A DNA stretch of 64,000 nucleotides. Origin: a virus. How positions within the stretch are numbered: position 1 is the stretch's first letter; every line of letters begins with the position of its first letter. The position numbers were made by a program, and so were the translations under genes. This document shows, in pieces, positions 19,839 through 29,820 of the stretch. The notes beneath the pieces are model-generated. The model had not been told where the DNA came from. It ran no database searches and saw nothing but the letters and a program-made list of their open reading frames with translations. The stretch spans positions 32,001 through 96,000 of IMG/VR virus record IMGVR_UViG_3300023174_000071; one strand, given 5' to 3'.

Positions 19839-20066
19839 TTATTCCTTAAGGTTTTCTTCTTTTACCAATGAAAATAGTTGATAGGATAGCAATCTATCAC
19901 CACAAGGTTCTGAGCAACTAGTACATCCAGAGCAAAACTTTTTACCAATTGCTTTCAATGACTCTAATCTTTTTTCTATATGTTCTTCTGATTTAATTCT
20001 TATTTGTTTAAAATAGGTTTGTTGAGGGTTTTTCCAATCTTTAAATTGAGCAATAATTAAAAACAT
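19839..20066 (-). CDS. Small hypothetical protein with Cys cluster
   Basis: CSGCTSCSEPC; AGGA RBS before ATG 20066. Confidence 0.55.
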   Translation of the reverse strand: MFLIIAQFKDWKNPQQTYFKQIRIKSEEHIEKRLESLKAIGKKFCSGCTSCSEPCGDRLLSYQLFSLVKEENLKE

Positions 20067-20125
20067 TTTATTTTTCCTATAATCTATTAATATCGACAAA
20101 AGAGTTTGATTCTCTGGAGGGAAAG

Positions 20126-20290
20126 ATGTGGCGTGAAGTTTTTAATGATAAAAAAGAAGTTCCTTTCTTCTTAGATGCAGACGACTGTACCGAAGAACAC
20201 GTTATCGAACCGGAAAAGAAGCAAGAAAAAGAAAAGGAACAAATCAAAAATATAACAAAAGAAGAAGCGTTAAAAAAACTTCTTTGGTAA
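20126..20290 (+). CDS. Small charged hypothetical protein (54 aa, not in ORF track)
   Basis: GGAGG RBS; MWREVFNDKK...KKLLW; ATCTATT motif upstream. Confidence 0.55.
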   Translation: MWREVFNDKKEVPFFLDADDCTEEHVIEPEKKQEKEKEQIKNITKEEALKKLLW

Positions 20291-20425
20291 TCTTTTCTTT
20301 TTCTTTGCGAAAAGGTCATTAAAAACAGAAAAAATGCCCAGCAAAGCCAACGCTCCTATAATAGCGAAAAAAGCAAATTCATAATTTTCAGAATTGCTGT
20401 CCGAGAAAGATGAAAGAAAAAACAT
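20270..20425 (-). CDS. Small single-TM peptide with basic tail (51 aa, not in ORF track)
   Basis: GGAG RBS; ...FAFFAIIGALALLGIFSVF...KKKKRLPKKFF. Confidence 0.5.
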   Translation of the reverse strand: MFFLSSFSDSNSENYEFAFFAIIGALALLGIFSVFNDLFAKKKKRLPKKFF

Positions 20426-20570
20426 TTCTTCTCCGCTATATCAAACGGTAAAAATAGTCGAGCGTTGGCTTTGCCTTTTTTCTCCACTGATGTTAACGTT
20501 ACATCATCAGAACGCTCTTGTCTTAATGAGTGTCAACTGTTATTATTTCCTCATAACTTGAGGCGGAAAA

Positions 20571-20900
20571 ATGAGTACCGACGTTCCATCGAGTAAACTG
20601 GAAGAACGAGCAAAATATGCTATGCATTTATGGTTTCTTGTTTTTTCCGACACGCTGCCACCTGATTCAAAAATTGGAATTCGTTTAAATTTTGAATGGA
20701 GTGGTTATTTCTCCGCAAACTTGTTTATCAGCGTAAAAGAACAGGAAACAGGGAAGATTTTAGAAGTACCTTATCTTGATCAATATCGACCAACTAGAGC
20801 GGCAACACCTGAGATTGCTTTAGATAATCTCATTTATTATCTTGAAGCTGATACGAACAAACAGAAGAAACCAAAAGCTGAATCAAAGGAGAAGAAATGA
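20571..20900 (+). CDS. Hypothetical protein
   Basis: GAGG RBS; TTGTCT-N17-TATTAT promoter at 20518-20546. Confidence 0.7.
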   Translation: MSTDVPSSKLEERAKYAMHLWFLVFSDTLPPDSKIGIRLNFEWSGYFSANLFISVKEQETGKILEVPYLDQYRPTRAATPEIALDNLIYYLEADTNKQKKPKAESKEKK

Positions 20901-21214
20901 GCGACAATAAACAGCCGGATCCGGTACCAAATGGCCATCCTGCACTTTGGGATTTGATCATCTCTGACATGAAAGGTCGAGATGAACTTGGTTTGAAAAA
21001 TTACGGAACAAGGTTGCAACCGTTTAATGGTCGCAGCGCTATTAAGGATGTTTACGAAGAACTTCTCGATGGTATGGTTTATCTAAAGCAGCTTCAGTTT
21101 GAGCTTCATTCTATCTCCACTCAGATTAAAGAAGTCGCAGAAATGATGGCTCAATCTGAAGCAAAAGAAAAGCTTGAAAATGTATCCTCAAAAATAGAGA
21201 CTTTTTTGCTTTAA
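20897..21214 (+). CDS. Conserved phage protein, possible all-alpha NTP-pyrophosphatase (MazG-like) fold
   Basis: R..LG..NYGT.L...YEELLD..VYL. Confidence 0.55.
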   Translation: MSDNKQPDPVPNGHPALWDLIISDMKGRDELGLKNYGTRLQPFNGRSAIKDVYEELLDGMVYLKQLQFELHSISTQIKEVAEMMAQSEAKEKLENVSSKIETFLL

Positions 21215-21418
21215 CATGCCGCTAAAAAAAGAAAAGATATTTAATTGTATCGAATTCTTTTTTGAATTATTGATATTTTCTATTTGCATTATTACATTTT
21301 TGATAATGAAAACTATCATGAATGTTAAAAATAAAATAACAAATTGCATCATCAAAATGCTAAAAAACTAACATGATCATAGGAGTTCAAAACTAAAACA
21401 GAATAGAGGGAGAGAGAG

Positions 21419-21583
21419 ATGAAGCCAATTGATTTTTTGGTTTGGTTCTTAGATATATTTTTATTTTTCCCACTATCTAATTTTGTTTTTTGGTTAATCG
21501 AGCACCCCTATTGGTTTTATAGTTTAACGTTTTTCACCATTGCAATGAGTTTGTTTTTTCTTTACAAAACAAAAAATCAATGA
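21419..21583 (+). CDS. Small membrane protein (54 aa, not in ORF track)
   Basis: Purine-rich RBS; Phe-rich hydrophobic sequence. Confidence 0.45.
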   Translation: MKPIDFLVWFLDIFLFFPLSNFVFWLIEHPYWFYSLTFFTIAMSLFFLYKTKNQ

Positions 21584-21626
21584 ATTTTCCAATTCTGATT
21601 GAAATCAGTTCAATTAGAGAGGGAAC

Positions 21627-21896
21627 TTGGAAAAAGAAGTTAAAAGAATGAATGAAAAAGAAGTGCAAGACTTAATTTCAAGTCTAACTATCGAACATGA
21701 GATTCGATACCCTGTTCCTGGTGAAGTCTGGATTTCACCTGATTTTGAAGAAGCTTTAATAATTTTATCTGCCGAAGTTATTGGTAAAAATGATGAAACT
21801 ATTCCGGGCATAGTCTATCAAATAGGTAAAACCATGAGAGTGATGTCACTAGACACATTTGCAAAAAGCTTTATCAATAAAAAGGATTTAAAATGA
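21627..21896 (+). CDS. Hypothetical protein
   Basis: ORF in a tightly overlapping run. Confidence 0.6.
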   Translation: MEKEVKRMNEKEVQDLISSLTIEHEIRYPVPGEVWISPDFEEALIILSAEVIGKNDETIPGIVYQIGKTMRVMSLDTFAKSFINKKDLK

Positions 21897-22201
21897 GCAA
21901 GTTAGACATTTATAAGATTCCTGTATTCGAAGAAGATGACCGCTTTAAGCCAGTAACTGCTAGCCATTTTTTCATTAAGAAAGTTGGACTTCGCTATGCT
22001 TATCAGATCGAAGGCTCTCCTTGGTTTGTGTTTAAGAATGGAGAAACGGTAGACGATCTTTGTTTTGCTGATGCTTCCAGTAACAAGTTTTATACAATTG
22101 ATGAATTTATCTTGTCATATTCTATTCCGCCTAAGGTCAGAACGCTTATGACATATTTCTTTGTTAAACTCGGAAAGGAAACCGAACCCATCGGAGGCTG
22201 A
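21893..22201 (+). CDS. Hypothetical protein
   Basis: ATGA overlap; ends IPPKVRTLMTYFF, a weak match to the C-terminal-helix family. Confidence 0.6.
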   Translation: MSKLDIYKIPVFEEDDRFKPVTASHFFIKKVGLRYAYQIEGSPWFVFKNGETVDDLCFADASSNKFYTIDEFILSYSIPPKVRTLMTYFFVKLGKETEPIGG

Positions 22202-22481
22202 AGTGAATCGTCACGAAATTCTTATTTACGCAAAAGCTCATCCTCATACTCAAATTGAAGTTGAAAAAGAAGTCGAACTTGATATTCCCGGAGAAGATGA
22301 TGATGGTGCTTGGTTTTTAAATGGAATTTTAGTTGAAGGTCCGACGACACTTTGTCCCGGCGATCACATTAAGTATAAGCGAGGCGCTAATCCAAATAAG
22401 CAACCTCGCACTATACGTTGGCCATTTAGTTTTGGAAACTATACTGGCCAAGCGCCATGGGACCAGTTTGGTGACAATTAA
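22161..22481 (+). CDS. Possible beta-grasp (ThiS/MoaD/ubiquitin-like) protein
   Basis: FLNGILVEGPTTLCPGDHIKY; true start probably GTG near 22203. Confidence 0.45.
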   Translation: MLNSERKPNPSEAEVNRHEILIYAKAHPHTQIEVEKEVELDIPGEDDDGAWFLNGILVEGPTTLCPGDHIKYKRGANPNKQPRTIRWPFSFGNYTGQAPWDQFGDN

Positions 22482-23155
22482 AGAATTTTGATATTTTTAA
22501 TCGGCGTAATGATCGGCATAGTGGGTTGAGTTTCGGGCTCACCTTGAATATTATTAAATATTGGTGTCGCAATAGTTATTCCGATTAAATATCCCTTTTG
22601 GTTGAAAACTCCTCCTCCGCTAGAACCCGGAAGAGCAAAGCCGTTGGCAATATATAGATCATTATAAACCCAAGATATCATGCCCGGATTGACGAAAGCA
22701 ACTCTGCCTTCTGGGCAGCCTACTTGGAAAATATCATCTCCAACTTCAACATTTTCATGGGATATGTTTGCTGGTCTCATACCTTTTGGCGCAGCCTCTA
22801 TTGGATAGATCGCCCAATCTGATTTCATTGAATCGTCATTATCTAAATAAAAATCATCAAGTTCGGCGCACTCTTCTGGCGCCTCAATAAAGCAAGCTCT
22901 TTTTTTATTTTCTGGCATAGCGTTAGCAACATGTTCCGCTGTAACTATGCCCCAACCTATTCTTGAATCTTTAATTAAAGTTCCGCTTCCAATTGGTTTC
23001 CAGCCGTCTAAATCTACTTGAATAACTACGCTCTCCTTTATAATAGTTTTGATAACTTGTTTGTTGTTCCCTGAACCCCCAAATCCACTTTCCGGATGAC
23101 AAGCAAACAGCGCAAGAAGAATGAAACTGAGGAAGGGCTTAAATAAATTAAGCAT
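22478..23155 (-). CDS. Trypsin-like serine protease lipoprotein
   Basis: Lipobox LFAC; catalytic TAEH, DWAI, GSSGG. Confidence 0.85.
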   Translation of the reverse strand: MLNLFKPFLSFILLALFACHPESGFGGSGNNKQVIKTIIKESVVIQVDLDGWKPIGSGTLIKDSRIGWGIVTAEHVANAMPENKKRACFIEAPEECAELDDFYLDNDDSMKSDWAIYPIEAAPKGMRPANISHENVEVGDDIFQVGCPEGRVAFVNPGMISWVYNDLYIANGFALPGSSGGGVFNQKGYLIGITIATPIFNNIQGEPETQPTMPIITPIKNIKIL

Positions 23156-23425
23156 GAAGCCTCCCCGGTTGCGTTTAGTCGCAATTTAATATCAAAAAAA
23201 TAGCAGAATAACAATCTGAGATATTAGCAGGTTCCGGATTGTTTGCTTGCATTTTCTTTTGATATTGAAAAGAATATTTATTATTTTCATCTGCTAATAG
23301 AGTAGCATGTTTTGAAGGCGTAAGCTTTCTTCTTGAGATCATTTTGACTCAAGAACCCCCGTATCTAATTGAATGGGAAAACAAAAAAACTAATCGCACC
23401 TTTAAGGGCGAAAAAGGAGAATAAA

Positions 23426-23920
23426 ATGAAAAAAGATAGCACAGCTGGAATTGCGTCAACACTAAACTCACGTACAAGAAATCGTTTGGCGCAAGAATTC
23501 GCAACACCATTTGATATGTTTTTCGATGAAGTTATGGCTCAAACTTTTCCCGGCTTTTCAGTTGGTTTTGGTCAAGATTTTTTTGAGAAAGGCAGTTATC
23601 CAAAAGTAAATATCATCAATAACGACGCTGCTGTGATTATTGAGGCGGCAGTTCCGGGCCTCGAAAAAGAGGATATCTCTATTGATCTATCTGAGGGTAT
23701 TCTTACTATTAGCGGCAAATCTAACCAATCTCATGACGCAAAGAATTATGTTCACCGAGAGATTAAGCGATCTAGTTTTTCAAGATCATTTAAGCTTGAT
23801 GAAAATTTGGACTGCGAAAAAATTGATGCTGAAATGAAAAATGGCTTGCTTCTTTTAAAGATTGAAAAGAAAAAGCCAGAAGAAGTTTTGCCAAAGATTC
23901 GTAGAATTTCTATTAGCTAA
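23426..23920 (+). CDS. Small heat-shock protein (Hsp20)
   Basis: YPKVNI, EAAVPG, EGILTISG, SFSRSF, A.MKNGLL; AAGGAG RBS. Confidence 0.92.
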   Translation: MKKDSTAGIASTLNSRTRNRLAQEFATPFDMFFDEVMAQTFPGFSVGFGQDFFEKGSYPKVNIINNDAAVIIEAAVPGLEKEDISIDLSEGILTISGKSNQSHDAKNYVHREIKRSSFSRSFKLDENLDCEKIDAEMKNGLLLLKIEKKKPEEVLPKIRRISIS

Positions 23921-23947
23921 TAGTTAAGTTTTAGCTATGGAGATAAG

Positions 23948-24523
23948 ATGCAGAAAGATCGTTACTCTGAAGATCGAGTGATAGAAATTAAGGGTGAGAC
24001 AAAAACTCTTACCGTTAAAGATAATGTTACAGTTCAGGAAACTCTTTCTGCATCTAAAGTTGAAGCTACAGATGCTTCTCAGCCATCAACATTTGCTGGA
24101 AATGTAACTGTTGGTGGCGCTATTAATGCAAATTCAATTGAAACAACCTCCGGAGTTACAATCGGTGGTGCCGCTGCTTTTTATGGAAGTCAAAAGTGTA
24201 AAACAAAACGATTGACCAGTTCTCCTTATTCAGTTGCGGACAGTGATTATTTTATTGTTTGCTCAGCAAATAATGCGACTATAACTTTACCTTATTCCGG
24301 ATCTTCTAGAGTTTTTATTATAAAAAATCATACAAGCACTGCTCTAACAATTAATGCTGGTTCACTTGGTAGTCGTGATAATGATATATATTCAGGAACA
24401 AGCACAACTGGAAGTAACAATTATACTTTGGCTGAATATAAGAGTGTTGTAATTATTGGAACTGCGAATCTAAGTTTTTCTGGGAGATCTGGGACAGATT
24501 ACTGGATTGTTAGCTATCTATAA
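23948..24523 (+). CDS. Tail-fibre-like beta-rich protein
   Basis: Gly/Thr/Ser-rich; SDYFIVC...TITLP...RVFIIKN pattern; AGCTAAT motif upstream. Confidence 0.55.
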   Translation: MQKDRYSEDRVIEIKGETKTLTVKDNVTVQETLSASKVEATDASQPSTFAGNVTVGGAINANSIETTSGVTIGGAAAFYGSQKCKTKRLTSSPYSVADSDYFIVCSANNATITLPYSGSSRVFIIKNHTSTALTINAGSLGSRDNDIYSGTSTTGSNNYTLAEYKSVVIIGTANLSFSGRSGTDYWIVSYL

Positions 24524-24689
24524 GATTTATACTGTGCAATTTTAAATATATTCGCATTAATACTTGTTTTCATCTATTAATATTCCTATCATCAGGAGAA
24601 TGCATAAGCTTTTTCTATTGGACGAACTTGAAACGCTTAAGCAAATTAAAAAGCGCTGATTCCTGCTGCCATTCTTTTGGGAGGAAGAT

Positions 24690-25019
24690 GTGGCAAACTC
24701 CATTAAAAATGGAGAAAATAAAGATCAAGTACCAAATTCATTTTGGTGCTTGTACGATTATTTGACACACAGCGGAAAGTTTACTTCTATAGTTAGGGTG
24801 ACATATATTCGATTTAGATTAAATAATTCAAACTTATGGATTGATTTTTTTGAGAAAGATCATAAAGTAAAATTGGGAGAGGATTTTAATCCAGCACCTG
24901 TTATAAATGATGTTCAGCTATACAATACAAAAAATATAGATTTATTTGAGTTTATATCAAAATGCCCAAGAGACATTGCGATAGATTTATTATTCTTTGT
25001 CAATGAATTTTCTGAATAA
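24690..25019 (+). CDS. Hypothetical protein, C-terminal-helix family
   Basis: Ends CPRDIAIDLLFFVNEFSE; GGAGG RBS. Confidence 0.6.
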   Translation: MANSIKNGENKDQVPNSFWCLYDYLTHSGKFTSIVRVTYIRFRLNNSNLWIDFFEKDHKVKLGEDFNPAPVINDVQLYNTKNIDLFEFISKCPRDIAIDLLFFVNEFSE

Positions 25020-25036
25020 TATTGAGGATATGAAAA

Positions 25037-25360
25037 ATGGCGTTTCAAAGAATTCGAGTTAAAATTCCGCACCAGTTAATTGGCTCTGGGGAGCACTTAT
25101 CTGAAATGCATCCAGAGCAATACTTTTTAGATGAGATGGGCGATCTTATTTACTGCCTATACGCAAGAGGTATGACGCCCGAAGATATCGCAAAACATGT
25201 TTCAAAATACGAACCCGATTTCCCGGTTTCTCGTGTAAATATGTTTATCACATTAGCGGACAGAAAAGTTCTATGGCTTTTAACCGGCGAAGTAAATCGT
25301 AATAAAACTGAAGTTACAAAGAAACTTGCTCGCTTAAGAGAAAAAAAATTTAAACTATAA
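25037..25360 (+). CDS. Hypothetical protein, possible helix-turn-helix
   Basis: LYARGMTPEDIAKHV; GAGG RBS. Confidence 0.6.
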   Translation: MAFQRIRVKIPHQLIGSGEHLSEMHPEQYFLDEMGDLIYCLYARGMTPEDIAKHVSKYEPDFPVSRVNMFITLADRKVLWLLTGEVNRNKTEVTKKLARLREKKFKL

Positions 25361-25368
25361 TAAAGGAT

Positions 25369-25620
25369 TTGCGAGTGAAACAGGAAAAATTAAAAAACTC
25401 TATCGCTCGCAATTACTTTTTGCTAACCAGTCAGGAAGGTTCAGGGGTAGGCAGAACTTCGATTCGTCCAGGGGTTTCAGATTCGGGCGACAAGGTTTTT
25501 GTTATTGCACCTCAAGAATATGTTGAAAGATATATTCAAAATAATCAGAAGTTGCTAAGTCAATATGGAGAAGATTGGCTTATTCTTTTAGCTATTCAAG
25601 ATTGGATTGCCGGAAAATAA
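25369..25620 (+). CDS. Hypothetical protein
   Basis: ORF in an operon-like run. Confidence 0.55.
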   Translation: MRVKQEKLKNSIARNYFLLTSQEGSGVGRTSIRPGVSDSGDKVFVIAPQEYVERYIQNNQKLLSQYGEDWLILLAIQDWIAGK

Positions 25621-25683
25621 TAATCCAAAAGACTTGACGATAAAATAAACAAGGTTATTATCTTCTATAAATTAGGAGAAGAT

Positions 25684-26037
25684 ATGTTTGATTTTGTCGG
25701 ATCTCCAATTTTTGGATTAAAGAATAATTCGCCTCAACTTATTGCCCTAATGTTGAGGGACTTGGCCTCGGCAATAGAGTTGGCCGGAACAACAAGACCT
25801 GTAATGGTTGCGGCTATCGATCCGGTCGGTGAGAATATAATTTTTTATTCATTTAATTCTTTAACCGGACAAATCAAAACAACATCAACTCATCTTCCAA
25901 AAGCCTCTTCACCTATTGCAATGGATGTTATTGCTGAATCAATAGCTAAGGCGACCTTAGAAAAGTTGGCAAAAGGTGAAAATGCTGTCATAGCATGGGA
26001 GTTAACAAACTTTCTTTGCGACTTTTCAAAAATTTAA
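25684..26037 (+). CDS. Hypothetical protein
   Basis: AGGAG RBS; TTGACG promoter-like site upstream. Confidence 0.65.
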   Translation: MFDFVGSPIFGLKNNSPQLIALMLRDLASAIELAGTTRPVMVAAIDPVGENIIFYSFNSLTGQIKTTSTHLPKASSPIAMDVIAESIAKATLEKLAKGENAVIAWELTNFLCDFSKI

Positions 26038-26048
26038 AGGGATTAATC

Positions 26049-26981
26049 ATGTTAAATGTTAAAGTATTGTTAACTGCTTTCTTAGTTTCTTGCACAGGAC
26101 TATCCGTAGGAATTGGAAACGAATATCAAGTTACTCGTCAAGACACAGACCAAGAAGATTCTGATGTTGTCGTTGAGGATACAGATGATTCCGGTGTAAC
26201 TCAGCCGGATTACACGGGGTTAATTGGTGGGGTTATTCGATTCTCTTCCATTCAATATGGTTGCTATGAGTGTTTTACAGATTCCACGGGGCCATTCTCT
26301 GTTTCTGGCGTTCTAGCTTTTCATGAGCCTGTTCACCAAACTTGGAATGATTGGATTCCTTCTCCCGGAACTTGCACCAATTATTTAACGCAAAATGATC
26401 CGGCAACCCAATTTTTAGATTTAGGTCAAAAGGTAGAGATTAATGTTGGAAGCCGATATCTTCCATTTTCTAGAAATTATACAAACGGAACCACTCAATA
26501 TAATTTCTCAAGCACAACAAATTTGGACTTTCAGTACGGTGCAAGCTATAATCTAAATGTTTATCCAAATTCCACGACCGACGCATTTCAAATTAACAAT
26601 GTATTTGTCACACCAGAAAGATTAAATATTACGAATCCAACCCAGTTGATGAATCCATTCTCATCAGCTTTCGCTCCTGTTGTTTCAAAATCAGGAACAA
26701 CGATTTCTTGGACACCGTCAGGTTCGGGATACTTTTTCGTAATTTTAGATGTCTATAGTGAAGATGGCTCAACTTATCTTGGCGGCGCTTTGTGCGTAGA
26801 TAATGATGATGGAAGCATTTTTATTGACCCATCTGTTCTTGGAAGTTTTTATCCGGGCTCATTAGTTGGCGTTTATATGTATCGCTATCGCTTGACAGAA
26901 ACGGTAAGACCAGATAATGGAAGCACACTCCAGTCTATAACTCAGGTAGGGTTAGCTGGGACTGCAACTCTAAATTATTGA
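26049..26981 (+). CDS. Beta-rich lipoprotein
   Basis: Lipobox LVSC after ATG 26049; acidic DT-rich linker; Cys pairs. Confidence 0.7.
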   Translation: MLNVKVLLTAFLVSCTGLSVGIGNEYQVTRQDTDQEDSDVVVEDTDDSGVTQPDYTGLIGGVIRFSSIQYGCYECFTDSTGPFSVSGVLAFHEPVHQTWNDWIPSPGTCTNYLTQNDPATQFLDLGQKVEINVGSRYLPFSRNYTNGTTQYNFSSTTNLDFQYGASYNLNVYPNSTTDAFQINNVFVTPERLNITNPTQLMNPFSSAFAPVVSKSGTTISWTPSGSGYFFVILDVYSEDGSTYLGGALCVDNDDGSIFIDPSVLGSFYPGSLVGVYMYRYRLTETVRPDNGSTLQSITQVGLAGTATLNY

Positions 26982-26988
26982 GGTCAAA

Positions 26989-27552
26989 GTGGTTGAGCAA
27001 AAAGAGAAGAAAGAACGAATTAAGCATGATGCATATTTCACTCCAGAAAAACTCGCTAAGCGTTTAGTTTCTCTTCTGCCTATTGATTCTCGCCATAAAG
27101 TTCTTGAGCCCCATGTTGGCGGCGGTGCTTTTGCTTCCGCCATTAAGGATACCGGAGCGCACCTTACAGGTTCTGATATTCAAGAAACCTCAGCGGGGTT
27201 TGAAATCTGTGATGAAAAGATTGTATGTAATTTCCTTCATCATGATTACCAAAATAAGTTTGATTTCGTAATTGGAAACCCTCCATTTAATGATGCGCTG
27301 GATCACGTTCAGCGAGCGCTAAGTCTGACCAAATCAACAGGGGGTGTTGGATTTTTGTTGCGAATTGGATTCTTTGCATCAATTTCACGTTTTGAATTTT
27401 GGCAAAAGCATCCAGCAAAGAAGGTTTGGGTTCTAGCTGAGCGCCCATCTTTTGCTCACGGAACTACTGACGCTCAAGAATATGCTTTCTTTTATTGGAC
27501 ACCCGGTTATAAAGGCACTACAGAGATTGAAGTAATCCGCTGGAAAGATTAA
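26989..27552 (+). CDS. Solitary amino (N6-A/N4-C) DNA methyltransferase
   Basis: Motif I VLEPHVGGGAF; motif IV IGNPPF. Confidence 0.85.
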   Translation: MVEQKEKKERIKHDAYFTPEKLAKRLVSLLPIDSRHKVLEPHVGGGAFASAIKDTGAHLTGSDIQETSAGFEICDEKIVCNFLHHDYQNKFDFVIGNPPFNDALDHVQRALSLTKSTGGVGFLLRIGFFASISRFEFWQKHPAKKVWVLAERPSFAHGTTDAQEYAFFYWTPGYKGTTEIEVIRWKD

Positions 27553-27567
27553 AAAAGGATTAATAAA

Positions 27568-29820
27568 ATGTTTACTGAAGAAGCACGAATCGCCCTTAGT
27601 ACAGCGCTTGAAAAAGCTAGGATTATGTGCCATGAGTTTGCTGCAGCAGAACATATTCTTTATGGCCTGCTTTCTTCTCCTACTGTAGAGGAGATTTTTA
27701 AAGCATGCGGCGGCTCAATTGAAGAAATCGAAGAACTCGTTGAAGTTAATCTAAATGTTAATGAAACGCTTGACGTTGACCCCCGGCGTTATGAGCCCGA
27801 ACAAACCGTCGCTTTTCAACGAATTATTCAGCGAGCAGTTCTTCATGCAAAGAGTCTAAGCCGAGAAGTTGGCTGTGATGATTTGCTGGTTTCGCTGCTA
27901 AGTGAACAAGATTGTCATGCTGTATTTATTTTGGAAAACCAAGGTGTTGACCGCCTTGCTGTAACCTCTTATCTATCTCAAGGTAAGAAGAAAAAGGCAG
28001 CAATCAAGAAGGGTAAGAAGAAAGAAGCTGCTATGTCTGGAGGGGATGATGCTTCCGTTTCAGATGACCCTCTAGCTACTTATGCTGCAAATCTTAACGA
28101 AAAAGCTAAGGCTGGAAAGATTGATCTTCTTATTGGTCGAGAAGTGGAACTTGAGCGAACCGTTCAGATTCTTGGTCGCCGCAAGAAGAATAATCCAATT
28201 TTTATTGGAGATCCCGGTGTAGGTAAAACTGCAATCGTTGAAGGTCTTGCTCTAAAAATTGTCTCCGGAGAGGTTCCGGATGCCATTAAGAATTGCGTTG
28301 TTTATGCTCTGGATATGACGGCGCTACTTGCGGGTACAAAGTATCGTGGTGATTTTGAAGAGCGTCTAAAGGCTGTAATGAAGCGTCTGGAAGAGGATAG
28401 CAATTCTATTCTTTTTATTGATGAAATTCACACCTTGGTAGGTGCTGGTTCAACTTCGGGTTCAACGATGGACGCCGGAAATATCCTAAAGCCAGCGCTA
28501 TCTTCTGGAAATCTTCGCTGCATTGGCTCAACAACGCATGAGGAGTTTCGTCAATCTTTTGGAAAGGACAAAGCGCTTGCTCGTCGTTTTCAAACCATTG
28601 ATGTTGTTGAACCTTCGTTGGGTGAAACTATTCAAATTCTTTTTGGCCTTAAGAAAGGTTACGAAGATCACCACATGGTTTCTTATACCAATGAGGCTGT
28701 GGAAGCTTGTGCTAAGCTTGCAGCGAAGCATATTACAGGTCGATTCCTTCCAGATAAGGCAGTCGATGTAATGGATGAAGTTGGTTCAGTATCTCGATTG
28801 AAGGGAATTAAAGTTGTAGAACTTTCTCACGTCGAAGAAGCTGTAGCCAAGATTGCACGAATCCCTGCCAAGTCAGTATCTTCTGAAGATAAGGATAAGC
28901 TAAAGAATCTAGAAAAAGATCTTAAGTCTGTAATCTTTGGTCAAGATAAGGCTGTAGAGTCGGTGGTTACGGCAATTAAAATGTCAAGGGCGGGTATCGG
29001 TTCAGCTACAAAGCCTATTGGAAGTTTCCTATTTGCAGGACCAACGGGTGTCGGAAAGACGGAGTTGGCGAAGCAGCTTGCCTATCAGCTTGGCATTGAG
29101 TTTGTTCGATTTGATATGTCAGAATATATGGAAAAGCACGCTGCGGCTCGTTTGATTGGCGCTCCTCCGGGATACGTCGGCTTTGAGCAGGGCGGTTTGC
29201 TAACAGATTCTGTTCATAAAAATCCACACTGCGTATTGTTGCTGGATGAAATCGAGAAGGCGCATTCTGATTTGTTTAATCTATTGCTTCAGGTAATGGA
29301 TCACGCAACCCTTACAGATAACAATGGTCGCAAAACAGATTTTAGGAATGTTATTGTGATTATGTCATCCAACGCTGGTGTTCGAGAAATGCAATCTCGT
29401 AATGTTGGCTTTTCTCAAATTGCAACGCCATCAAAATCGGGAGATGCTTTGAATCGAACTTTCTCTCCAGAATTCCGCAACCGTCTTGATGCAATCATTT
29501 CATTTAATTCTCTAGATGAGGCTTCTATCTTGCGGGTTGTCGATAAGTCTATGTTGGAATTAGAAGCTCAATTGCTAGATAAAAACATCACGGTAACCAT
29601 GACCGATGAAGCTCGAAAGTTCTTTGCCAAGGAAGGATTTAAGCCAGAGTTTGGAGCCCGAGAAATGGGTCGAGTTATTCAGAGTCATGTAAAGCGACCG
29701 TTGGCGGATATGATTCTGTTTGGCGATCTAAAAGACGGCGGCAATCTTGTTATTGATTTTGTTAATGAGCAAATTGTTTTGCTAACTCAATCGTCTAATG
29801 TTGAAATGGCCGAAGCATGA
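27568..29820 (+). CDS. clpA: ATP-dependent Clp protease ATP-binding subunit ClpA
   Basis: Clp N-domain; two AAA modules GDPGVGKT and GPTGVGKT; [11 protein letters not shown]; no middle coiled coil. Confidence 0.95.
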   Translation: MFTEEARIALSTALEKARIMCHEFAAAEHILYGLLSSPTVEEIFKACGGSIEEIEELVEVNLNVNETLDVDPRRYEPEQTVAFQRIIQRAVLHAKSLSREVGCDDLLVSLLSEQDCHAVFILENQGVDRLAVTSYLSQGKKKKAAIKKGKKKEAAMSGGDDASVSDDPLATYAANLNEKAKAGKIDLLIGREVELERTVQILGRRKKNNPIFIGDPGVGKTAIVEGLALKIVSGEVPDAIKNCVVYALDMTALLAGTKYRGDFEERLKAVMKRLEEDSNSILFIDEIHTLVGAGSTSGSTMDAGNILKPALSSGNLRCIGSTTHEEFRQSFGKDKALARRFQTIDVVEPSLGETIQILFGLKKGYEDHHMVSYTNEAVEACAKLAAKHITGRFLPDKAVDVMDEVGSVSRLKGIKVVELSHVEEAVAKIARIPAKSVSSEDKDKLKNLEKDLKSVIFGQDKAVESVVTAIKMSRAGIGSATKPIGSFLFAGPTGVGKTELAKQLAYQLGIEFVRFDMSEYMEKHAAARLIGAPPGYVGFEQGGLLTDSVHKNPHCVLLLDEIEKAHSDLFNLLLQVMDHATLTDNNGRKTDFRNVIVIMSSNAGVREMQSRNVGFSQIATPSKSGDALNRTFSPEFRNRLDAIISFNSLDEASILRVVDKSMLELEAQLLDKNITVTMTDEARKFFAKEGFKPEFGAREMGRVIQSHVKRPLADMILFGDLKDGGNLVIDFVNEQIVLLTQSSNVEMAEA

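Noticed and set aside
20077-20319. 80-aa minus-strand ORF in the track
   Set aside because: Better explained as the shadow of the plus-strand ORF 20126-20290, which has a GGAGG RBS
26989-27552. Restriction-modification system
   Set aside because: No adjacent endonuclease; orphan methylases are common in phages
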